Assembly: GCA_945872355.1 (NCBI GenBank)
Contig: CAMBZU010000004.1
Span: 3,609-67,608, forward strand
DNA length: 64,000 bases
Reading direction: 5' to 3'
Origin: Chitinophaga pinensis
GTDB lineage: Bacteria > Bacteroidota > Bacteroidia > UBA4408
A model generated the notes under the pieces. The model worked only from the letters and a program-made list of their open reading frames with translations, made no database searches and was not told the DNA's origin. A program made the position numbers and the translations under genes. This document shows positions 19,520 through 30,143 of the stretch, piece after piece (position 1 is the stretch's first letter; every line of letters starts with the position of its first letter).

Positions 19520-20038
19520 TTAATGATGATGTCCTCCTGGTCCGTGAACATGACCGTGGCTTAACTCTTCTAATGTAGCAGTGCGAACTTCTAAAACCTC
19601 ACCAATAAAATGAAGGTTTTTACCTGCTAAAGGATGATTGAAATCCATTTTAACATAAGTGTCTGTAATTTCTTGAACCAAGCCTTGCATGCTATTACCT
19701 TCATGATCGTGCATTGGCAGTGTGTTTCCAACTACTACCATTTCTTCGTCTATATTGCCATCTTCATCTTTAAAAGCTTCAATGGGAACATTCACAATAT
19801 GGTCGGCATGCACTTGTCCGTAACCTCTTTCAAAAGCTACTTTAAAATCAAACTTATCACCTTTAACTTTGCTATTGAGTGCAGTTTCAAAGTCTTCTAA
19901 TAAATCACCATTCCCATATAAAAATACAAATGGGTTTTCAATACTTGTTTCTTCTACAAGCGTTTCTGCTTCACCTTCTTTGTCGTATACTGTAAGAATG
20001 TAATTTACAGAAACCACCTTGTTTTTTTCGATTATCAT
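19520..20038 (-). CDS. slyD: FKBP-type peptidyl-prolyl isomerase, SlyD-like
   Basis: DFNHPLAGKNLHF...VRTATLEELSHGHVHGPGGHHH (His-rich tail). Confidence 0.9.
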   Translation of the reverse strand: MIIEKNKVVSVNYILTVYDKEGEAETLVEETSIENPFVFLYGNGDLLEDFETALNSKVKGDKFDFKVAFERGYGQVHADHIVNVPIEAFKDEDGNIDEEMVVVGNTLPMHDHEGNSMQGLVQEITDTYVKMDFNHPLAGKNLHFIGEVLEVRTATLEELSHGHVHGPGGHHH

Positions 20039-20487
20039 GTATGTTTTGTTTTATAAATTTACACAAATAACCAACTTATTTTTAATTCTGCAAAGGTGAA
20101 TGTGAAATAATGTGGCAAATGAATGTTTTTTTGAATAATATATTTATATACTTTATCGCGAAAGCTTTATAATTATATTAAAGCAGCAATTATTTTATAT
20201 TGTTTTGGAATGTTCAACCCAAATAACGCATTAGGAACCTACTCAAATTCTTTTTCTTCAATCTCATATACTTAATCACATTTTTACTTTCACAACTCGC
20301 TATTCTTTGCTTGCAATAGTGGGCGCGAACGCTTATTATTATTATTTTTGTTGTTGCGCAAAAAAAGCTAATTACTGATTTTAATTAAGCTGGAAAGTAT
20401 TGAGAAAACCTAAAAAATTATATGCCTATTAAAGAATATTTTTATTGTTAGTTTTGGAGCAATAAGAAACACTAAAATAAATTAAAA

Positions 20488-20883
20488 ATGCATAAACATA
20501 TTGCACATATTGCTTTAGTAATTGATGATTACGACAAAGCTATTGCCTATTACACTCAAGTTTTAATGTTTAAATTGAAAGAAGATACACTATTAGCTCC
20601 TGGCAAAAGATGGGTATTACTTGCACCATCGAGCCATGCCGAAACATGTATTTTATTAGCGAAAGCTATTAATGATGATGAGTTAAGCAGGGTTGGTAAC
20701 CAAACAGGCGGGAGGGTTTTTTTATTTTTATACACTGATAATTTTGGGAGAGACCATCAACATTTAATTTCACAAAAAGTTAAAATTGTGCGAGCACCTG
20801 TAATTGAAAAATGGGGAGAGGTACTGGTGTTTGAAGATAGGTACGGAAATCTTTGGGACTTAATAGCGCCAACAAACAAGTAA
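20488..20883 (+). CDS. VOC/glyoxalase family protein
   Basis: HIALVIDDYDKAIAYY, KRWV, GNQTGGRVFLFL and FEDRYGNLWDLI motifs. Confidence 0.9.
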   Translation: MHKHIAHIALVIDDYDKAIAYYTQVLMFKLKEDTLLAPGKRWVLLAPSSHAETCILLAKAINDDELSRVGNQTGGRVFLFLYTDNFGRDHQHLISQKVKIVRAPVIEKWGEVLVFEDRYGNLWDLIAPTNK

Positions 20884-20890
20884 GATTTTT

Positions 20891-22261
20891 ATGTTTGCCA
20901 TTATTGATATTGAAACTTGTGGAGGAAAATTCGACTTTAAAAAAGGAAGAATAATAGAAATAGCAATTTTAATTCATGATGGATTAAGTGTTGTGGATGA
21001 GTTTACTACATTGATAAATCCGGAGTGTTATATTTCTACTTACTTTACAAATATATCGGGCATTACAAATGCCATGGTAGATGATGCGCCTAAATTTTAT
21101 GAAGTGGCCAAACAAATATTAGAAATTACAAAAGATAAAATTTTTGTGGCACATAATGTTGGATTTGATTATGGTTTTATAAAAGAAGAATTTGCTTCAT
21201 TAGGATATAGCTTTAAACGTGACACCCTTTGTACTGTAAGACTTTCACGAAAGTTAATTGCAGGAATAAAATCCTATAGCTTAGGCAACCTATGCAGCTA
21301 TTTTGGGATTGAAAATGAAGCCAGGCACAGGGCTAAAGGCGATGCCTTAGCAACTTCAAAATTATTTGATGTATTGATGCAAATAAAAAGTGACCATCCT
21401 CAGTATAAAACCAAAGGTTTGGATGAACTAATGGTACGCAGAATTGATAAAATTAAAAAATATATTCTTGATAAACTGACAGAAGAGTGCGGTGTATATT
21501 ACTTTTTAGATCAAGATGAAAATATTATTTATATTGGTAAGAGTAAAAATATGTACCAAAGGGCCTTAAGCCATTTCAACAGTAAAGAGCAAAAAGGACG
21601 AAAAATGTTGAATGAATTGTACAATGTTGATTTTGTAAAAACTGGAAATGAGTTGATTGCTTTATTGCTAGAAAATGAAGAAATAAAAAATCATAAACCT
21701 AAATTTAATAGACTCAGAAAAGCAGATTCATTTTCTTATTGTATTGATTGGGAGAAAGACCGGCAAGGCATTATCAATTTTAAGTTACTTCCTTATGAAT
21801 CACCAAGCCATGCTTTATTACTTTTTACAAGTTATGCGAGTGCAAGAAATTGTTTAGACAGCATGATTGATGCATATACTTTGTGTGTTAAATTTTGTGG
21901 ACTTGCAGATTCAGAAGCCGTTTGTTTTAATCATCAAATAAAAAAATGCAATGGCATTTGTGCCAATGAAGAAGCTGCTGCTGTGTACAATAAAAGAGCA
22001 TTGGAAATTATAAAAAAACATTCCTATAAACATCCTGATTTTGCAATAATTACAGAAGGTAGAACGAATGATGAAAAATCTTTGATGCTGATTATAAATA
22101 ATAAATATTATGGCACAGGTTACTTTGATGAATATGTACAATTAAATTCGATTGCAGACTTTAAAGAACTTGTTGCTAAAGCAGCGTATTACCCCGACAA
22201 CGATGATTTAATAAGGAGTTGGTTAAAAAAGAACAATCCTAAAATGATTGTTTTGAAATAA
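20891..22261 (+). CDS. DnaQ-like DEDDh 3'-5' exonuclease fused to a UvrC/Cho-like GIY-YIG domain
   Basis: IIDIET, VAHNVGFD and HRAKGDA (Exo I-III); GVYYF...IIYIGKS; Cys cluster CVKFC...CFNHQIKKCNGIC. Confidence 0.9.
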   Translation: MFAIIDIETCGGKFDFKKGRIIEIAILIHDGLSVVDEFTTLINPECYISTYFTNISGITNAMVDDAPKFYEVAKQILEITKDKIFVAHNVGFDYGFIKEEFASLGYSFKRDTLCTVRLSRKLIAGIKSYSLGNLCSYFGIENEARHRAKGDALATSKLFDVLMQIKSDHPQYKTKGLDELMVRRIDKIKKYILDKLTEECGVYYFLDQDENIIYIGKSKNMYQRALSHFNSKEQKGRKMLNELYNVDFVKTGNELIALLLENEEIKNHKPKFNRLRKADSFSYCIDWEKDRQGIINFKLLPYESPSHALLLFTSYASARNCLDSMIDAYTLCVKFCGLADSEAVCFNHQIKKCNGICANEEAAAVYNKRALEIIKKHSYKHPDFAIITEGRTNDEKSLMLIINNKYYGTGYFDEYVQLNSIADFKELVAKAAYYPDNDDLIRSWLKKNNPKMIVLK

Positions 22262-22335
22262 ATAGACAATTAGATAGATTATCTATTAATATTTGCTTTT
22301 GCAACATTTTAACAAGCAATCTATTTACATAAAAC

Positions 22336-22343
22336 TATATTTG
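22336..22343 (+). promoter_or_regulatory. -7 promoter box (TATATTTG) for the TonB-dependent receptor
   Basis: TAnnTTTG match 19 bp upstream of the TTG start. Confidence 0.6.
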
Positions 22344-22361
22344 TAAAATAAGAATTATATA

Positions 22362-24836
22362 TTGAAAAATATTTTTAACATTTTAGCCTTTTTACTTGCT
22401 GCAAATTCTATTTTGCTGGCCCAAGATGGTAGTTTTAAAATAGGCGATGGCGCTGCACCTCCTCAAGCTAAACTATCAGGTAAAGTAATTGATAATACTA
22501 CTAAAGCAGCAATTGAATTTGCTACCATTTCTATTTTTCGTATGCCCAAAGACACCTTGTTTGGCGGTGTAGTTACAAATGCTGACGGTTCCTTTGAACT
22601 TGAAAAATTACGTCCAGGAAAATACAAGTTAAGCATTGCATTTATGGGTTATAAAACCTTAACAATAGATACATTGTTACTCCGGAGAATGGAAGAAAGA
22701 GATTTGGGTAAAATTTTATTGAACAGCAATGAGAAAGTGCTGAACGAAGTAACCATTGAAGCCCAGCAAGACATGGTAAAAAACACCATCGATAAAAAAG
22801 TGTTTAATGCAGAAAAACTATCAATTGCAAATGGAGGTTCTGCCAATGATGTGTTAGCACAAGTACCAACTGTAAGCGTTGATATTGATGGCAATATTAG
22901 TTTGCGTGGCAGCGGAAATGTTACCATTTTAATTGATGGAAGACCAAGTGGGATGAGCGGTGCAGGGAGAGCGGGCGTGCTTTCTGGCATACCAGCAAGC
23001 GCCATTGAATCTGTTGAAGTAATCACCAATCCTTCTGCAAAATACGATCCCGATGGCATGAGCGGAATTATTAATATTGTGCTAAAGAAAAACAAACTAC
23101 AAGGTACCAATGGCAATGCTTCAATAAGCGCTGGTACAAACAATAAATACAATGGCAATTTATCATACAACTATAGAAAAAACAAGATCAATCTTTATAG
23201 CAATTATAGCTTTAGATACAATGAAAGATACGGGAATGGTTATGTAAATCGTGAAACTTATGCTGGCAATACGGTTAATTATTTAATTCAAAATAACAAT
23301 TCCAACAACCTAAATCGCAACCACAGTGCAAAAATTGGAATGGATTATAATGCCAGTAAATTAGCTACCCTTGGCTTTAATGTTACATTGAATTATGAAA
23401 ATAAAACAGAACAAGAAAAACTAATTAATAACTCATCAAATGAAAGCTATCAATTGGCTTCTGCATTTAACAGATACACAACTAATCCAACATCAGGGCT
23501 CTCTCAAGATTACAACCTCAACTATCGTCAAAAATTTAAAACACCAAAACAATTGTTGAGTATTGAAAGCAATTATTCAAAAAACAACAACCTTTCAACA
23601 TCCTTCTACCGACAAGAAAATAGCTGGGAGAATTATCAAGAAATAACACCTTATTGGAACTATCAAAACAATAAGAGCAATACTGACTTTAGTATTAATT
23701 CTAATATGATAGATTTTGAAAGTCCTTTGTTTAAAAATGGAAAAATTGAGAGTGGTTTTAAAAATATCAATAGGGTAATTGATAACGATTTTTATTCTGA
23801 AACATTTAATAATACAAGCGCTAATTTTGTATCAGATGATAGTTTAAATAATCGTTTTATTTACAATGAAAATATTTATGCAGCTTACACTAGTTTTGGT
23901 CAAACACTTGGCAAATGGAGCTACAAAACAGGTTTACGTGCCGAACAAGCCAATACAAAATCTACTTTAATAAACAACGACAGCAGTTTTGTAAATAATT
24001 ATTTTAATATTTTTCCAACGGCTTTTTTAAACAGAAAACTTAACGATAAACAAGAGATACAATTAAATTATGGAAGGCGAATTAATAGGCCCGGAACAAG
24101 GCAATTATCGCCTTTTACTGATTATAGCAATCCTTTGATACTGCGTGTTGGAAATCCATATTTAAAACCTGAGTACACGCATAATTTGGAGTTCACCTAT
24201 CTCTACAACCATAAAAAAGTTAATTTTTCAACTACTTTATTTTACAGAAAAACAGTTGGATTAATTATGCGAAATATCAGCATTAATGCAAACAACCAAA
24301 CGATTGTATCATTTACCAATATAGGCAGTAGCGACAATATGGGAATTGAAACAGTAAGCAGAATTGACTTATATAAATGGTGGAATATTACTGCAAATAT
24401 CAATGGTTTTCAAACAGTTATTAAGGGCACCAATCAGGATGGTGAAATTAATACTTCGAACCTAAGTTGGAATGCCAAAATTTTAAGCAATATGTTGCTA
24501 AAAAAAGGATGGTCGGTACAAGCCAGCGGTATGTACAATGCAAGAAACATTATGGCACAGGGCACAATTTTACCTATGAGTCAGGTTGATTTTGCAATAA
24601 AAAAAGAGGTGTTTAAAAGCAAAGGAACTTTTACCTTAAGTGTTAGCGATTTATTTGATCAAATGAGATTTAGAATAAGTACAGCCGGCAGCAATTTTAG
24701 TCAAGAAACAGAGCGAAAACGTGAAACCAGAATAGCTACGCTCACCTTTAATTACAGATTTGGATCAGGTGATTTTGCGCAGCGCAGAACAAAAAGCAAA
24801 GACAACGATTATAAAAATGATGATGGGGGATTTTAA
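22362..24836 (+). CDS. TonB-dependent receptor / outer-membrane beta-barrel with carboxypeptidase-regulatory-like N-domain
   Basis: Signal peptide, plug motif ISLRG...IESVEVITNPSAKYD.DG.SGIINIVLKK, GNPYLKPE, terminal FNYRFG. Confidence 0.9.
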   Translation: MKNIFNILAFLLAANSILLAQDGSFKIGDGAAPPQAKLSGKVIDNTTKAAIEFATISIFRMPKDTLFGGVVTNADGSFELEKLRPGKYKLSIAFMGYKTLTIDTLLLRRMEERDLGKILLNSNEKVLNEVTIEAQQDMVKNTIDKKVFNAEKLSIANGGSANDVLAQVPTVSVDIDGNISLRGSGNVTILIDGRPSGMSGAGRAGVLSGIPASAIESVEVITNPSAKYDPDGMSGIINIVLKKNKLQGTNGNASISAGTNNKYNGNLSYNYRKNKINLYSNYSFRYNERYGNGYVNRETYAGNTVNYLIQNNNSNNLNRNHSAKIGMDYNASKLATLGFNVTLNYENKTEQEKLINNSSNESYQLASAFNRYTTNPTSGLSQDYNLNYRQKFKTPKQLLSIESNYSKNNNLSTSFYRQENSWENYQEITPYWNYQNNKSNTDFSINSNMIDFESPLFKNGKIESGFKNINRVIDNDFYSETFNNTSANFVSDDSLNNRFIYNENIYAAYTSFGQTLGKWSYKTGLRAEQANTKSTLINNDSSFVNNYFNIFPTAFLNRKLNDKQEIQLNYGRRINRPGTRQLSPFTDYSNPLILRVGNPYLKPEYTHNLEFTYLYNHKKVNFSTTLFYRKTVGLIMRNISINANNQTIVSFTNIGSSDNMGIETVSRIDLYKWWNITANINGFQTVIKGTNQDGEINTSNLSWNAKILSNMLLKKGWSVQASGMYNARNIMAQGTILPMSQVDFAIKKEVFKSKGTFTLSVSDLFDQMRFRISTAGSNFSQETERKRETRIATLTFNYRFGSGDFAQRRTKSKDNDYKNDDGGF

Positions 24837-24858
24837 TAATTAACTTTCTTGAAATAAA

Positions 24859-25806
24859 TTATTTTTCGAAACTCTTCAGTTGTTTATCGATAATATTTAA
24901 TCCTTCTCTGAATGACTTTGGTTTATAGCCCAATTGATTAATTGCTTTATCCAAAACAAAACCAGTTCTTGGTGGCCTTTTTGCTGGTTGACTTAAGGTT
25001 GCTGAAGATACCACTTGAATAAGCCTTTTATCTAACTGCCAAAAATCAGCAATTTGATATACTAAATCTAAAATACTGTAGGTATCTCTACCGCTAATAT
25101 TAAAAACGCCCGAAGCCTTCTTATCGGCAATCAACATACAACCTTCAGCTAAATCTTCGGCCAAAGTAGGTGCTCTAAATTGATCGTTAATTACCTTTAT
25201 TTCTTCTCCTTTTTGCAATGCCGATTTTGCCCATAAAACAAGATTAGATCTACTCATATTGTCAACTACACCGTACACAATAATTGTTCTTACAATGGCC
25301 CAATTAATTGTACTTTCTTCCACTAACAAATCGGCCTTGTATTTTGAAAGTCCATAATAAGATATGGGATTAGGCTTATCGGTTTCAGTATAAGGGCCTG
25401 CTTCGCCATCAAAAACAAAATCGGTACTTAAATGAATAAAATGTGGGCGATAATTTTTTTCTGTGTGCTTCATTTTTTCTAATGCCCTCAATTGATAAGC
25501 AACTGCATCTACATTAATTACATCGCATGCTTTTCTTTCTTTTTCGCAATGATCAACATTTGTCATCGCTGCGGTATTAATAATTACATGTGGTTTTGTT
25601 TGGGCAAAAACCCTTTGAACTTCAGCCTCATTTGTAATATCCAATTCGAAATATTGGTAGCCTTTTTTAATTACCAGTCGGTTCTCACCTCTTGAAGTAG
25701 CAATAATTTGGTACTGTTTAGCACTTGTTAAATTTCTTTCGAGAAGCAAATAAACTAGCTTTTGGCCTAATAAACCATTGGTTCCTGTAATTAATATACG
25801 CTGCAT
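24859..25806 (-). CDS. dTDP-4-dehydrorhamnose reductase family (RmlD-like SDR)
   Basis: ITGTNGLLG, AAMTNVDHCE, HLSTDFVFDG, YGLSK and DQFRAPT motifs. Confidence 0.88.
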   Translation of the reverse strand: MQRILITGTNGLLGQKLVYLLLERNLTSAKQYQIIATSRGENRLVIKKGYQYFELDITNEAEVQRVFAQTKPHVIINTAAMTNVDHCEKERKACDVINVDAVAYQLRALEKMKHTEKNYRPHFIHLSTDFVFDGEAGPYTETDKPNPISYYGLSKYKADLLVEESTINWAIVRTIIVYGVVDNMSRSNLVLWAKSALQKGEEIKVINDQFRAPTLAEDLAEGCMLIADKKASGVFNISGRDTYSILDLVYQIADFWQLDKRLIQVVSSATLSQPAKRPPRTGFVLDKAINQLGYKPKSFREGLNIIDKQLKSFEK

Positions 25807-25928
25807 GAAATATTAAAATTGGTAGAAAATTATCATTTGAATAATTATACAAATATAGAAGCAAAAAGATAACATCAATTAGATTGATTTTTGTATGTTT
25901 GGGACCAATTTCAAAAACAAATTTTAGA

Positions 25929-27857
25929 ATGAAAAAAATAGTACTATTATTAATTGTTGGAGCTTGCACTGCACTTAGCGTTGTTGCGCAACCTACACTC
26001 ACATTTACAACCTTTAGCACTGGTTATAGCAGAGTTATAGACATTAGACATTGTAACGATAGCCGTTTGTTTATGGTTCAACAAGCTGGTAAAATTATAA
26101 TTTGCGACAGTTTAGGCGTGCAAAATCCAACACCTTTTATAGATATCGCTGGTTTGTGCTCAAATCCCTCTGGACAAGGAGATGAAAGGGGTTTATTAGG
26201 CATGGCATTTCATCCTGACTACAAAAACAATGGTTATTTTTACCTTAATTACACTGCTTTTTCTGGCGGGGCAACAACTATTGCAAGATACAGCGTTAAT
26301 AGCACAGATTCTAATTTAGCTGATTTAAGCAGCGGCACAATTATATTAACTATTGCACAACCCTATTCAAACCATAATGGTGGCTGCTTAAGATTTGGAG
26401 CAGATGGCTATTTATACATTGGTACTGGTGATGGTGGAAGTGCTAATGACCCCGGAAATCGTGGGCAAAACAATACACAATTACTTGGAAAAATGTTACG
26501 AATTGATGTTGATAATCCACAGGCACCTTTAGCTTATGGCATTCCATCAGATAATCCTTATGTTACTAGTACTACAAATAAAAAAGAAATTTGGTCTTAT
26601 GGCTTACGCAATCCCTGGAAATGGAGTTTCGACCGTATTTATGGGGATTTGTGGATTGGTGATGTAGGACAAAATGCATGGGAAGAAATTGATTACGAGC
26701 CACTAGGGACACCTGGAGGTAGAAATTATGGCTGGAGATGTTATGAAGGCAATGTAACAACCTCTGGTGTAAGCCAAACTGGCTGTCCTACTTTTAATTC
26801 CACCACAGCTCCTGTGGCTGTTTTTAGCCATAGTGCAACTTCTGCCTGTTCTGTTACTGGTGGTTATATTTACAGAGGTGCAAAACATGCTAGTTTATAT
26901 GGTTACTATGTATATACAGATTATTGCGACCACCGTATAAGATTAACTAAAAACAATTATGACGGCACTTTTACCACTTATGATTTAGGTACAGTTGGAG
27001 GTTCAGGTTACTTTGTAACATTTGGCGAAGATTATAGAGGAGAATTATATGTTGCATTTAATACTGGTTCAACAATACAAATTAAAAAAATTGGCGCTAC
27101 AGGTTGTTTACCAACTGCGGCAATCATTTCTTTACAAGATACAATGAATCTTTGCTTTGGCGATGCTTACCCAACATTATCTTCAATTTACCACCCCGAA
27201 AATACTTACCAATGGCTTAAAGATGGCGTTGCAATTAATGGTGAAACAAGCGCAAATTTAGCAACTACAGCCGATGGTGCATATACAGTTCAAGTAACTA
27301 ATTCAAGTGCTTGTAGCAATACATCTACTCCAATGAATATTATCACTAATCAATTACCAGCCGTTTCATTTAGCGGTTTAGATACCACTATTTGTGAGTT
27401 AGATGCAGCTTTAACCTTGGTTGGAAATCCTGCTGGTGGCACATTTGCAGGAACTGGTATGAATGGAAATATTTTTGATCCGGCAGTTGCAACAGCTGGT
27501 TTATATGATATTTCTTATACTTACACCAATGCTGGAGGTTGCGATACTGCGGTTACACAATCGGTAGAAGTAACAGTTTGTACTGGTATTGGTGCTAAAA
27601 CAAATGTAGTTGGTATTAATTTATTCCCAAATCCTAATGATTGTAATTTTACTTTAGCATTCAATGCAAATGTAAATACTTCTGTGAGCCTTATGGTTAC
27701 AGACATTACTGGTAAAATTGTACACAACGAAAATGTTTCAAGTGTGAGAGGAACTAACCAAGTAAATCTAAATTTAAGCAATTTACAAAAAGGTTTTTAC
27801 TTGTTAAAAGCCGCTGATGCTGTTGGCGAAACAAACAAATCATTTATCATTCGTTAA
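25929..27857 (+). CDS. PQQ-dependent glucose/sorbosone dehydrogenase-like protein with T9SS CTD
   Basis: ERGLLGMAFHP, NHNGG, GDGGS, YGLRNPWK and DVGQNAWEE motifs; C-terminal LFPNP CTD; start set at ATG 25929. Confidence 0.9.
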   Translation: MKKIVLLLIVGACTALSVVAQPTLTFTTFSTGYSRVIDIRHCNDSRLFMVQQAGKIIICDSLGVQNPTPFIDIAGLCSNPSGQGDERGLLGMAFHPDYKNNGYFYLNYTAFSGGATTIARYSVNSTDSNLADLSSGTIILTIAQPYSNHNGGCLRFGADGYLYIGTGDGGSANDPGNRGQNNTQLLGKMLRIDVDNPQAPLAYGIPSDNPYVTSTTNKKEIWSYGLRNPWKWSFDRIYGDLWIGDVGQNAWEEIDYEPLGTPGGRNYGWRCYEGNVTTSGVSQTGCPTFNSTTAPVAVFSHSATSACSVTGGYIYRGAKHASLYGYYVYTDYCDHRIRLTKNNYDGTFTTYDLGTVGGSGYFVTFGEDYRGELYVAFNTGSTIQIKKIGATGCLPTAAIISLQDTMNLCFGDAYPTLSSIYHPENTYQWLKDGVAINGETSANLATTADGAYTVQVTNSSACSNTSTPMNIITNQLPAVSFSGLDTTICELDAALTLVGNPAGGTFAGTGMNGNIFDPAVATAGLYDISYTYTNAGGCDTAVTQSVEVTVCTGIGAKTNVVGINLFPNPNDCNFTLAFNANVNTSVSLMVTDITGKIVHNENVSSVRGTNQVNLNLSNLQKGFYLLKAADAVGETNKSFIIR

Positions 27858-27877
27858 TATTGTTTGATTAAATTTTG

Positions 27878-27910
27878 AAAGCTGCTTTCTATTTGAAGGC
27901 AGCTTTTTTT
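27878..27910 (+). terminator. Intrinsic terminator
   Basis: AAAGCTGCTTTC-TATTT-GAAGGCAGCTTT followed by a T run. Confidence 0.85.
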
Positions 27911-27935
27911 ATTTTTACATAAATTATTTTACCCC

Positions 27936-29084
27936 TTGCAATTAAATAATAATAAAGTAATCTATTTTCCTTTACTAGATGCCACTAGGTTTATAGCATT
28001 TATTCCTGTTTTTTTAACACATTGTTTTATTAGCTCAAATTCAGCAATTGAAAATGCCAATTGGTTTAAGCAAATTACACACTTTTTAGATGTTGGTTTA
28101 TTAGGATTAGATTACTTTTTTGTGCTTTCTTCTTTTTTAATAACAAGATTAATTATTGATGAAAGACAGCAATTTAAAACATTCAGCTTTAAGCTGTTTT
28201 TTATTAGACGCAGCTTAAGAATTTGGCCACTTTATTTTTTAATGGTGGCTATTGCTTTTATTTGTGAATATAGCGGTTTATTAAATACGCCATTGCCACC
28301 ATTGTTACCTTTTTTAAGTTTTACCTTAAACCTTTACATAGCAGAAAATGGATACCACTTTTTGTTCTTTTTAGTGTTTTTATGGAGTATTTCAGTGGAG
28401 GAACAATTTTATATTTTTTGGGGAATAATATTACATATTGGATCAAAAATTAATGCCAAATTTTTTCAGTACAGTATTCCAGTCATTGCTTATAGTTTAA
28501 TACTGCTTTCGCTTGGGTATAGGGCATCGCATAGTGAGCAAGCGCTTAAACTATATTTTCATACCTTTAGCGTTACAGCAAATTTTGGAATAGGAATTTT
28601 ATTGGCCTATTTAAGTGCTTACACTAAATGGTTTGTGCCTTTTGTTGAACGATTAAGTAACAAATCAATTTCGCTATTATTCATCATTTTATTACTCTCT
28701 ATTTGTACCTACACCATTGTATTTACAAGCCCATTTGCCATATTACTTGAGCGCATCTATTTTTCATTTTTATTTGCTTCAATTATTTCAGTGCTGTGCT
28801 ACTCACCAATCACTTCATGGCTTCAAAAGTTTTTTAACCCTTTTGATTACTTAGGTAAAATTGCGTTAGGGTTATATTTTTATCATGGTATAGTACTTAC
28901 AATTTACAGCAAATTAATGTTACAATTTCCAATAGCAGAGCAAGCTTGGCAAGTAATGATATTAAATCCTTTAATAATGTTAACTTTAAGCATAATATGT
29001 GCATCATTAAGTTATAATTACTTCGAAAAACCTATACTTGCATTAAAAAATAAATTTTACCGCCTTATTTCGCCTACTGTATGA
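27936..29084 (+). CDS. Acyltransferase family 3 (OafA-like) membrane protein
   Basis: LDATRFIA, DYFFVLSSFLIT, FFIRRSLRIWPLY, LWSISVEEQFY and SYNYFEKP motifs. Confidence 0.9.
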   Translation: MQLNNNKVIYFPLLDATRFIAFIPVFLTHCFISSNSAIENANWFKQITHFLDVGLLGLDYFFVLSSFLITRLIIDERQQFKTFSFKLFFIRRSLRIWPLYFLMVAIAFICEYSGLLNTPLPPLLPFLSFTLNLYIAENGYHFLFFLVFLWSISVEEQFYIFWGIILHIGSKINAKFFQYSIPVIAYSLILLSLGYRASHSEQALKLYFHTFSVTANFGIGILLAYLSAYTKWFVPFVERLSNKSISLLFIILLLSICTYTIVFTSPFAILLERIYFSFLFASIISVLCYSPITSWLQKFFNPFDYLGKIALGLYFYHGIVLTIYSKLMLQFPIAEQAWQVMILNPLIMLTLSIICASLSYNYFEKPILALKNKFYRLISPTV

Positions 29085-29821
29085 TAAAGAAACAAATTCC
29101 AAATACCATTACGCTGCTTAACTTGGTTTGTGGTTGTTTGGCAATTATAAGTACTTTCCATAAAACATTTGAACTTACAGCGCTACTTGTCATAATTGCG
29201 GCTGTGCTCGATTTTTTTGATGGTTTTGCTGCACGCCTCTTGAAGGTTCATTCAGAAATGGGTAAACAACTCGATTCATTAGCCGACATGGTTACTTTTG
29301 GCGTAGTGCCTGGCTTTGTAATGTACCAGTTAATTATTTTTGCTATAGGCAGTGGCGAAGCTTTTATGGGCCCTAATGAACCAGTATGGTACTTAGCTTA
29401 TATTGCTATGCTCATTCCCGTATTTTCTGCCTATCGATTGGCGAAATTTAATATAGATACAAGGCAGAGCGACTCTTTTATTGGTTTACCAACACCTGCA
29501 AATGCGCTATTGATTTGCTTCTTACCTATGTTTATGACTAATGAAGGCAATGTAGTTGCAGATTTACTATTAAAACCTTATGTATTAATTGTTATTTGTG
29601 TTGTAGTATCCTATCTTATGATTGCAGAACTGCCGCTTATTGCATTAAAGTTTAAGCAATTTAGCATTGTTGGAAACGAATGGCGCTATGCCATATTATT
29701 GTTGTCCTTTTTATTACTTTTAATATTAAAACAATTGGCAGTGCCGCTTATTATTATTTTATATGTAATTTTGTCGGTGTTACAAAACAGTTTAAGTAAA
29801 ACAAAAACACCAGCTCACTAA
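29081..29821 (+). CDS. pssA: CDP-diacylglycerol--serine O-phosphatidyltransferase
   Basis: IPNTITLLN, DFFDGFAAR, GKQLDSLADMVTFGVVP, RLAKFN and FIGLPTPA motifs. Confidence 0.88.
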   Translation: MIKKQIPNTITLLNLVCGCLAIISTFHKTFELTALLVIIAAVLDFFDGFAARLLKVHSEMGKQLDSLADMVTFGVVPGFVMYQLIIFAIGSGEAFMGPNEPVWYLAYIAMLIPVFSAYRLAKFNIDTRQSDSFIGLPTPANALLICFLPMFMTNEGNVVADLLLKPYVLIVICVVVSYLMIAELPLIALKFKQFSIVGNEWRYAILLLSFLLLLILKQLAVPLIIILYVILSVLQNSLSKTKTPAH

Positions 29822-29823
29822 TT

Positions 29824-30075
29824 ATGAAATTTATAGCCGAAATTGACATTATGCCTTTAAAAGCTTTACTTGACCCACAAGGAAAGGCAGTTTCTCAAAG
29901 CATGAAAAACCTTCACCTCCCAGAAATAAGCAATGTGCGCATTGGCAAACATATTAGCTTAGAGGTAGAAGCTAATAGCAAGCAAGCAGCAGAAAGTAAA
30001 GTTGACGAAGCATGCAAAAAATTACTGGCCAACCAAATTATGGAAAGCTACGTTTTTGAGCTTGTTGAACAATAA
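29824..30075 (+). CDS. purS: Phosphoribosylformylglycinamidine synthase subunit PurS
   Basis: LLDPQGKAV, VRIGKHI and CKKLLANQIME motifs. Confidence 0.95.
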   Translation: MKFIAEIDIMPLKALLDPQGKAVSQSMKNLHLPEISNVRIGKHISLEVEANSKQAAESKVDEACKKLLANQIMESYVFELVEQ

Positions 30076-30143
30076 AAATTCTTTCCCTTTATTAAATAAC
30101 ATAGCCTTTGCTGTGTTTGTTAAATGCTTAATTAAATATTAAA

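Noticed and set aside
20488-22261. VOC plus nuclease as an anti-phage defence system or homing endonuclease
   Set aside because: The architecture matches a DnaQ-UvrC-like repair protein, with no defence-type neighbours or mobility signatures.
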